Below are positions 29,415 to 35,668 of a stretch of DNA of 35,668 bases, one piece after another. Numbering within the stretch: position 1 is the stretch's first letter; every line of letters starts with the position of its first letter. Origin of the DNA: an uncultured Anaerolineae bacterium (GTDB lineage: Bacteria > Chloroflexota > Anaerolineae > S016-19). The position numbers and the translations under genes were made by a program. The stretch is from NCBI GenBank assembly GCA_964516345.1, contig CAZEXY010000011.1, positions 1 through 35,668 of the forward strand, in the 5' to 3' direction. Under the pieces are notes generated by a model. The model was not told the origin of the DNA and searched no databases. It saw only the letters and a list, made by a program, of their open reading frames with translations.

Positions 29415-30851
29415 ATGGAGAATGGATTGAATCCTGCAGAGATCTGGAAGCGTGCCCTTGGGAAATTGCAGGTCCAGCTGCCGAGGGCGACATTCAATAC
29501 GTGGCTTGGAGATGCCCGGCTTTTGGCCGAAGAAGATGGCTTGTTCGTCATCGGCGTCCCCAACGCTTACACGAAAGGGTGGCTCGAAAGCAAACTCCAC
29601 AGGAGGATACACAGAGCGCTCATGGAGGTAGCCCGTAGGCAGGTCGAGGTCAGGTACGTCGTATCTACAGAAAGCGGGTACCGAAGCGATGCTGAGGCGG
29701 AGGAAATTCCTTTGCTCTCCATGCATTCGGATGACCTGGATCGCGGGGAAGAGAGGCTTTCCACCGAAGATTATTTCTCCGACATAGTGGTTTCCGATTT
29801 CAACAGGATGGCTTTTGCTTCGCTAACCACAGTGGTGAACGATTTCGTGCACAAGCGCAACGGGAGCCCGTACAATCCACTTGTCATCTACGGCGGCGTA
29901 GGGCTCGGTAAGACCGTTTTGTTGCGGGCGGCCCACGGTGTCCTTTCTGCTGCCGGCGTACAAGCCGCTTACGTCACGTCGGAGGGGTTTACCAACCAGC
30001 TTATCGCTGCAATTCGCAAGAGGCAGACGGAGGAGTTCAGGGAGCGATTCAGGGGCCTGGACGTGCTGATAGTGGACGATTTGCACTTCCTGGCAGGGAA
30101 AGAGAGCTCTCAAGAGGAATTCTTCCACACGGTGAGCTCCATTGTGGATCACGGAGGGCAGGTGATAGCTTCGAGCCTTTATCATCCATACGAAACCGTT
30201 GGACTCGACGAAGCTTTGTCCTCGATGCTCAGTGGTGGGCTGGTAGTGGACATAAAAGAGCCCGGCGTTCACGAGAAGATAGCTCTGTTGGATCATCTTT
30301 TTTCCCGGCATTCCATCAAGGTGGGAAAAGGAATTCTGAGCTTGATTGCCGAAGCTCCCATCGCCGGGATCAGGGAACTGTCCGGCGTGGTTAATTACGT
30401 GGTGGCCCACACCCGTTTCCTTGGACAGGAAGCGTCTCCCGAGGTCGTGCAACGGGCTATTGCGCCTTTCGTGGAAGGAATGTTCAGGAAATCCCTCCAG
30501 CCGGACGCCGTGCTTTCGGTGGTGGCCGATTTCTATGGTGTGAATGTGGAAGATCTGGTGGGAAAATCCCGGCGAGCGTCTGTTTCCAGAGCCCGTCAGG
30601 TGGCGATGTACATCCTTCGGGAGGACTTTGGATTGAGGCTCACGAGGATAGGTGAGTTGTTGGGGGGACGCACACACGCTACTGTGAAGTATGCCTGTCA
30701 GAAGGTTACCCGTGAAGCCGAGGAGAATGATGAGGTCAGGCGTCATATTGCGGAGATTCGTTCTCTGCTCCGCTCCGGGAACCGTCAGCCAGTTGTGAGT
30801 GAACTCGAGAAAGAGGAAGTCTTGAGGGAAGCGGCAGAGATCTTGAGCTAA
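29415..30851 (+). CDS. dnaA: Chromosomal replication initiator DnaA
   Basis: Domain I 'IWKRALGKLQVQLPRATFNTWL', AAA+ Walker A 'GGVGLGKTVLL', Walker B 'LIVDDLHF', and the domain IV DNA-binding helix 'RARQVAMYILRE......IGELLGGRTHATV'. The Shine-Dalgarno sequence is weak. Confidence 0.95.
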   Translation: MENGLNPAEIWKRALGKLQVQLPRATFNTWLGDARLLAEEDGLFVIGVPNAYTKGWLESKLHRRIHRALMEVARRQVEVRYVVSTESGYRSDAEAEEIPLLSMHSDDLDRGEERLSTEDYFSDIVVSDFNRMAFASLTTVVNDFVHKRNGSPYNPLVIYGGVGLGKTVLLRAAHGVLSAAGVQAAYVTSEGFTNQLIAAIRKRQTEEFRERFRGLDVLIVDDLHFLAGKESSQEEFFHTVSSIVDHGGQVIASSLYHPYETVGLDEALSSMLSGGLVVDIKEPGVHEKIALLDHLFSRHSIKVGKGILSLIAEAPIAGIRELSGVVNYVVAHTRFLGQEASPEVVQRAIAPFVEGMFRKSLQPDAVLSVVADFYGVNVEDLVGKSRRASVSRARQVAMYILREDFGLRLTRIGELLGGRTHATVKYACQKVTREAEENDEVRRHIAEIRSLLRSGNRQPVVSELEKEEVLREAAEILS

Positions 30852-30885
30852 TGGACAGTCGATCTATCGCACCGTTTTGAACGAA

Positions 30886-30915
30886 AGAGGCCGGAGCACA
30901 ACTCCGGCCTCTTTT
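30886..30915. terminator. Bidirectional rho-independent terminator between convergent dnaA and citrate synthase
   Basis: Perfect 11-bp stem AGAGGCCGGAG-CACAA-CTCCGGCCTCT, flanked by an A-rich tract (GAACGAAAG) and TTTT. Confidence 0.8.
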
Positions 30916-30933
30916 CGTGTAGGTAGAGCCTCT

Positions 30934-32100
30934 TCAGGACCTTTGATCGATCGGGATGTATTCCGCCTTGAGCGGCCCGGTGTACACGGCACGAGGTCTG
31001 AAGATTCTGTTGCTGTGGAGGTATTCCAGCACCCTGGCGACCCACCCGGCCACCCGGGCGACGGCGAAGATCGGCGTGAACATCTTGGGGTCGATTCCCA
31101 GGCTGTAGTACACGATGCCGGAGTAGAAATCGACGTTGGGGAATATCCCTTTCTTGCCCAGGCGCTCGATCATCACCTTCTCTACCTCTTTGGCGATGAT
31201 GTAGAGCTTCTCGTTGCCGGAGAGCTTGGCAAGCCTTTCGGCGTAGGAGCTGAGTATGCGTGCCCTGGGATCGTAGGCTTTGTAAACCCGGTGCCCCATG
31301 CCCATGATCTTGACTTTCTTCGCCAGCTTGTCCTCGATGTAGGCTTTCGCGTTCTCGGGCTCGCCAATTTCCATGAACATCTTCAGCGTCCGCTCGTTCG
31401 CTCCGCCGTGCAGGGGGCCTTTCAGGGAGGCGATCCCACCCGTGATCGCCGAGTAGATGTCGGAGAGGGAAGAGGCCACGACCATAGCCGTGAACGTGGA
31501 TGCGTTCAGGCCGTGATCGGCGTGCAGTATCAGCGCTTTGTTCATCACGTCGGCTTCCAATTCGTTCGGCTTGCGCCCGGTGAGCATGTAGAAGAAGTTG
31601 GATGCGTGGTTCAGGTTAGGATCGGGCTCCACCGGAGGCTGTCCGGCTCTCAGCCGACCGATTTCAGCCGCCACCGTCGCCATCTGGGAAATTGCTTTGA
31701 TCCCGAGATCCGTCCACACTTCGAGATCGAACTCGTCGACTTTGGCCGGGTCCTCGTAGGTACCGAGGGCGGAGAAGGCGGTGCGGAGCAGCGCCATCGG
31801 GTGGGCCTTTGGCGGCATGTCCCGGATGATCTCGGCGACGCGCGGGTCGATCTTGCGGTACTTGACCAGTTTCTCGTTGAATTCGTCCAGCTCTTTCCGC
31901 GTGGGGAGCTTGCCGAAGAGAAGCAGGTAGGCGGTTTCTTCGTATGTGGAATGCTCCGCCAGATCGCCGATTTCGATGCCGCGGTAGATCAACCAGCCTT
32001 TCTGTCCATCGATGTACCCTATTTTGCTCTCGCAGGCGATTACGCCTTCAAGGCCTTTGGAGAACTCCTCCTGGCCGTAGAACTTCCTTTGTTCTGCCAT
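30934..32100 (-). CDS. gltA: Citrate synthase (short, about 380-aa type)
   Basis: 'GLEGV....S.I.YIDG..G.L.YRG', catalytic 'HADHG.NAST', 'GPLHGGAN', 'GMGHRVYK..DPRA', 'PNVDFYSG'. Confidence 0.93.
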   Translation of the reverse strand: MAEQRKFYGQEEFSKGLEGVIACESKIGYIDGQKGWLIYRGIEIGDLAEHSTYEETAYLLLFGKLPTRKELDEFNEKLVKYRKIDPRVAEIIRDMPPKAHPMALLRTAFSALGTYEDPAKVDEFDLEVWTDLGIKAISQMATVAAEIGRLRAGQPPVEPDPNLNHASNFFYMLTGRKPNELEADVMNKALILHADHGLNASTFTAMVVASSLSDIYSAITGGIASLKGPLHGGANERTLKMFMEIGEPENAKAYIEDKLAKKVKIMGMGHRVYKAYDPRARILSSYAERLAKLSGNEKLYIIAKEVEKVMIERLGKKGIFPNVDFYSGIVYYSLGIDPKMFTPIFAVARVAGWVARVLEYLHSNRIFRPRAVYTGPLKAEYIPIDQRS

Positions 32101-32153
32101 AGGTAACCTCCTCGTTAGATCTTGACCGTTTCTTTGGTTTGGTGTTTATCGTA

Positions 32154-32184
32154 ACAAAGGGTTCTCGAACCGAGAACCCTTTGT
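32154..32184 (-). terminator. Perfect 14-bp hairpin after maeB
   Basis: ACAAAGGGTTCTCG-AAC-CGAGAACCCTTTGT, 10 nt after the maeB stop. The U-tract on the minus strand is poor. Confidence 0.5.
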
Positions 32185-32193
32185 CTTTCCCTG

Positions 32194-34446
32194 TTATTTT
32201 CTCATGGAAGCATCCAACGCTGCAAGTGCAGCCATATAGACGACTTCCCTCACCGATGCACCCGTCTGGAGCACGTGCACCGGTTTGCCCATACCCATGA
32301 GAATCGGGCCGATGGCCTCTGCTCCACCGAGACGCTGGAGGAGTTTGTAAGCCACGTTGGCAGCCTCCAGGTCGGGGAAGACCAGCACATTGGCATCTTT
32401 GACTTTGCTGAACGGGTAGTGCTCTTCCACGATTTCCTTTACTACAGCCGTGTCGGCCTGCATTTCACCGTCTATCACCAGGTCGGGGCGTTTCTCTTTG
32501 ACGAGCTCCACGGCTTTCTTTACTTTGTTGGAGAGCGGGTGCTGGACGCTGCCAAAGTTGGAGAAGGAGAGCATAGCCACCCGTGGCTCGATCCCAAGTT
32601 CCTTTGCTACTTCGGCGGAGAGAATGGCTATGTCCGCCAGGTCTTCCGCCGTGGTTTCGATGTTGACGGTGGCGTCGCTGAAGAAGTAGACTCTATCTTT
32701 GACTAGCATGATGTAGAGTCCGGCGACTTTGTTGACGTTCTTCTGCGTCCCCACCACCTGGAGCGCAGGGCGGATTACATCCGGGTAGTTGTATGTGATG
32801 CCGGAGACCATGGCGTCAGCGTCGCCGAGTTCCACCATCAGCGAAGCAAAATAGTTGGGCTGGCGCACCAGATCCCGCGCTTTGCTACGGGTGACTCCTT
32901 TCCGCTGCCGTCTTTCGTATAGAGCTTCGGCATACTCGTCTTTCTTCGGGTCCGTGGCCGGATCGTGGATTTCCGCATCCAGTTTGAGACCAAGGTTCTT
33001 GATTTTCTCCGTGATGTTTTCCTTGTTGCCCAGGAGCACAGGTTTGCCGAAGCCTTCGGACTGGATCTGGGCTGCCGCCCGCAGGATCTTGGTGTTTTCC
33101 CCTTCCGGGAAGACTATCCGCTTGGGACTGGCTTTTGCGCGATCCATGATGCCGCGCATGAGCCCCCAGCCCTTGCCGAGCCTGCTTTCGAGCTCTTTTT
33201 TGTACTCTTCGATGTCAATGGTCTTCCGGGCCACGCCGGTTTCCATGGCGGCTTTGGCGACGGCCGGAGCCTCCCAGAGGAGCACACGAGGATCGAAAGG
33301 CTTGGGGATGATGTATTCCGGCCCGAATTTGATGCTTTCGACGCCGTAGGCCTGCAACACGGAATCCGGCACGTCCTCCCTGGTCAACGCTGCAAGGGCG
33401 TGGGCAGCCGCCAGTTTCATTTCGTCGTTGATTGCTCGGGCGTGTACGTCCAGGGCGCCGCGGAAGATGAACGGGAACCCGAGGACGTTGTTCACCTGGT
33501 TGGGGTAGTCGGATCGCCCCGTGGCCACGATGGCATCCGGCCGGGCTTCCTTGGCCAGCTCGTATCGGATTTCCGGATCTGGGTTGGCCAGGGCGAAGAT
33601 GATAGGTTTGTCAGCCATGCTCTTGACCATCTCCGGCGTTACCACGTCCGCCACCGATAGGCCGAGGAACACGTCGGCGCCTCTCATGGCTTCTTCCAAG
33701 GTGCGCAGTTTGGTATCCTGAGCGAAGCGTTCTTTGTACGGATTCATCCGTTCTTTGCGCCCTTTGTAGATGACTCCGCGGGAGTCGAGCATGATGATGT
33801 TTTCCCGTTTTACGCCCAGTTTGATGTAAAGTTCGGCGCATGCAATTCCGGCAGCGCCGGCGCCGTTCACGACGACTTTCAGGTCTTCCATCTTTTTGCC
33901 CTGGATTTCTACTGCGTTGATGAGTCCGGCTGCTGTAATGATCGCAGTGCCGTGCTGATCATCGTGAAATACGGGAATGTCCAGCATTTTCTTCAGGGTT
34001 TCTTCGATGTAGAAGCATTCGGGGGCTTTGATGTCTTCCAGGTTGATGCCGCCGAATGTTGGAGCGATGGCTCTCACCACGTTGATGATTTCGTCGGGGT
34101 CTTTAGAGTCTACCTCAATGTCGAAGACGTCTACGTCGGCGAACCTCTTGAAGAGAACGCCTTTTCCTTCCATTACGGGTTTGGCAGCCAGAGGGCCCCG
34201 GTCTCCAAGCCCCAGGATGGCGGTACCGTTGGACACCACTGCCACAAGGTTACCTTTTGCCGTGTATTTGAAGACATCTGCCGGGTTTTTGTCGATTTCC
34301 AGCACCGGCTGGGCTACGCCGGGGGTGTAAGCCAGGCCAAGGTCCCATTGCGTAACCATGGGTTTGGTCGCTACGACTTCGATCTTCCCCGGGCGGCCGG
34401 TCGAATGGTATTCCAGAGCGGCTTCACGCAGTGACTTCTCTGTCAT
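32194..34446 (-). CDS. maeB: NADP-dependent malic enzyme (malic enzyme domain plus PTA-like C-terminal domain)
   Basis: '[11 protein letters not shown]', '[22 protein letters not shown]', '[10 protein letters not shown]', 'GAGAAG', then a phosphate-acetyltransferase-like domain of about 330 aa. The start is ATG 34446, preceded by GGGAGG. Confidence 0.93.
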   Translation of the reverse strand: MTEKSLREAALEYHSTGRPGKIEVVATKPMVTQWDLGLAYTPGVAQPVLEIDKNPADVFKYTAKGNLVAVVSNGTAILGLGDRGPLAAKPVMEGKGVLFKRFADVDVFDIEVDSKDPDEIINVVRAIAPTFGGINLEDIKAPECFYIEETLKKMLDIPVFHDDQHGTAIITAAGLINAVEIQGKKMEDLKVVVNGAGAAGIACAELYIKLGVKRENIIMLDSRGVIYKGRKERMNPYKERFAQDTKLRTLEEAMRGADVFLGLSVADVVTPEMVKSMADKPIIFALANPDPEIRYELAKEARPDAIVATGRSDYPNQVNNVLGFPFIFRGALDVHARAINDEMKLAAAHALAALTREDVPDSVLQAYGVESIKFGPEYIIPKPFDPRVLLWEAPAVAKAAMETGVARKTIDIEEYKKELESRLGKGWGLMRGIMDRAKASPKRIVFPEGENTKILRAAAQIQSEGFGKPVLLGNKENITEKIKNLGLKLDAEIHDPATDPKKDEYAEALYERRQRKGVTRSKARDLVRQPNYFASLMVELGDADAMVSGITYNYPDVIRPALQVVGTQKNVNKVAGLYIMLVKDRVYFFSDATVNIETTAEDLADIAILSAEVAKELGIEPRVAMLSFSNFGSVQHPLSNKVKKAVELVKEKRPDLVIDGEMQADTAVVKEIVEEHYPFSKVKDANVLVFPDLEAANVAYKLLQRLGGAEAIGPILMGMGKPVHVLQTGASVREVVYMAALAALDASMRK

Positions 34447-34544
34447 TTGTACCTCCCGCCTTTCCTCAATCGAATAGATGATGGACAGTTCCGAGAAGCC
34501 TCGGAATCGGGAGAGGAGCTTCTCACCGTTTCTCTCCAAAATTC

Positions 34545-34573
34545 ATGATACCCCCATTGTTTGGGCAAAGCAA
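34545..34573 (-). promoter_or_regulatory. Candidate maeB promoter
   Basis: On the minus strand: TTGCTT-17 nt-TATCAT. A leader of about 95 nt follows, containing the GAGAAGC...GCTTCTC hairpin. Confidence 0.35.
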
Positions 34574-34615
34574 ATTAGAGGGAAGAGTTTGTTCAATATG
34601 GAACAAAGAGGTGCG

Positions 34616-35662
34616 TCAGCGTATGGATATTTCTGAAAGTTCCAGGAAATCCCTGCCGCTTTGGTTGACGAATCTCGTGCCGGTGGCTGGATCGTAGACG
34701 ACGAGGATGAGCCTGTATTTTCCTGCCGGTAGCTTTCGGGGTAGGTACTCTGCTAATTTCACGGTGAAATCGGCGTCGGTCTTTTGGTCTCGTGGGTTCA
34801 CGAAAGCGCCAAGGGGAATGTCCTTTTGTGCTCTGAGCTTCCAGTTCGAGTCCAGGACCTGGAGCGAGATCTTGTGATGCCAGACGGCCTTGTCCTTTGC
34901 ATGGAACCTGAGATTCACATATAACCCTGACGGAGCGTGAGATACAGAGAAAGAACTCAGCCGTTCGTGCAGGTATTCCACGGGGGTGTCGCTTTTGGAT
35001 ATCGTCTGGGCATTTTCTCCCTTGTCGAACAGGAGCAGTCGAACCTCCGGACCGGTCCATGTGGCTTTGACGAAGTACATATTTTGCGCCAGAGCAAACT
35101 CTACGGGCCTTTCCGGAGCGTTTTCCCGGATCTTCTGCTCTATCAGCCACGCTCTGCCGGATCGAGACAGGTAGCCGAAAAGTCTTTTCTGCCAGGAGTC
35201 GTGTCCGTCTATGAATTGTTCCTTTATCACGGATATCTGGTTGCAACAGTCGCCTTTACAATAATTGAGCATGGCTATCTTGGGGATATATGCGGATGGC
35301 GGGTCTCCCCACATGTAAATGATCAGTGCATCGGATTTACGCCATTCTCTTCGAAGAACGCTGGCAGCTTCCGGGAATCCCACATTTCCGCCGTAGGCAG
35401 GGCTTCTATACACCGATACGAGGGTCCATGCTGTTGCCAGTACAATGGCCAGCGCTCCTATGCCGATGAAAACCTTTTCTCTTTCGATAGTTCTGCGGCG
35501 AACAACCCTCCACATTAGCCATATGACGTAAGCTGTTATTGCCAGATCGAACAAAAGAAGTCCCCACTTTATTTTGCCTCTGTATCCCCAGGCTACTTCT
35601 AAGTTCGAGAGGGTGATGAATCTCCAGTGGTTCAGTATTGGGGAAGCTTTCCAGTTCCACAT
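34616..35662 (-). CDS. Hypothetical membrane-anchored protein, probably 5'-truncated by the window edge
   Basis: At least 348 aa. Two or three N-terminal TM helices are followed by a large soluble domain ending in a beta-rich region. The reading frame stays open to position 35668, so this may be the C-terminal part of a larger protein, for example a GT-C-type glycosyltransferase. That suggestion is speculative. Confidence 0.55.
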   Translation of the reverse strand: MWNWKASPILNHWRFITLSNLEVAWGYRGKIKWGLLLFDLAITAYVIWLMWRVVRRRTIEREKVFIGIGALAIVLATAWTLVSVYRSPAYGGNVGFPEAASVLRREWRKSDALIIYMWGDPPSAYIPKIAMLNYCKGDCCNQISVIKEQFIDGHDSWQKRLFGYLSRSGRAWLIEQKIRENAPERPVEFALAQNMYFVKATWTGPEVRLLLFDKGENAQTISKSDTPVEYLHERLSSFSVSHAPSGLYVNLRFHAKDKAVWHHKISLQVLDSNWKLRAQKDIPLGAFVNPRDQKTDADFTVKLAEYLPRKLPAGKYRLILVVYDPATGTRFVNQSGRDFLELSEISIR

Positions 35663-35668
35663 GAATTG

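Noticed and set aside
29159-29563. A 134-aa minus-strand ORF (and the nested 29176..29400) spanning the dnaA start and leader.
   Set aside because: - It is antisense to the 5' end of dnaA.
- It has no RBS and low-complexity Ser/Pro/Arg-rich content, so it is probably spurious.
1-35668. A search of the whole window for CRISPR arrays, tRNA, rRNA or tmRNA genes, RNase P or SRP RNA, IS elements, integrases and long direct or tandem repeats.
   Set aside because: - I saw none by eye.
- The intergenic gaps are short. The largest is 407 nt upstream of dnaA, and it lacks tRNA T-loop/acceptor features and the conserved cores of the common structured RNAs.
- A computational scan (tRNAscan-SE, Infernal/Rfam, ISfinder BLAST) should confirm this.

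Overview
This is a 35.7-kb chromosomal window from a moderately high-GC bacterium. My hand counts of single 60-nt lines range from about 40% to 63% G+C. I cannot assign a taxon. The protein set (EF-G2-type paralogue, K+-independent H+-PPase, Hyb-type hydrogenase) would fit a thermophilic anaerobe such as a Chloroflexota member, but that is a guess.

Twenty-six consecutive CDS (1386..27742) lie on the minus strand. The core is a nickel and [NiFe]-hydrogenase supercluster. Read in the direction of transcription it contains:
- a polyferredoxin, NarL-type response regulator and soluble GAF histidine kinase operon
- a group-1 [NiFe] hydrogenase in the unusual order large subunit, endopeptidase, Tat small subunit, HybA-like FeS subunit, HybB/NrfD-like membrane subunit
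- hypA-hypB-hypF, then a low-GC higB-higA toxin-antitoxin pair, then hypC-hypD-hypE
- a Fur-family regulator
- an ECF-type Ni/Co importer (M, PDGLE-type N, Q, O)
- a stand-alone archaeal-type ThrRS editing-domain homologue, tightly coupled to an orphan 2-TM protein

The flanks are housekeeping genes: a MATE exporter, an EamA/DMT transporter, an EF-G2-like GTPase, the membrane pyrophosphatase hppA, dnaA (without rpmH or dnaN neighbours and with no obvious DnaA-box cluster), citrate synthase, NADP-malic enzyme maeB, and an edge-truncated membrane protein.

I found no rRNA, tRNA, CRISPR array, transposase or integrase.

The candidates I consider most novel are:
1. the free-standing ThrRS-ED-like gene and its coupled membrane partner
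2. the polyferredoxin-coupled two-component system directly upstream of the hydrogenase
3. the TA module splitting the hyp operon
4. the 43-residue C-terminal tail on the hydrogenase large subunit
5. a terminator-like leader upstream of hppA

All promoter, operator and hairpin calls come from reading the sequence by eye and are low confidence.
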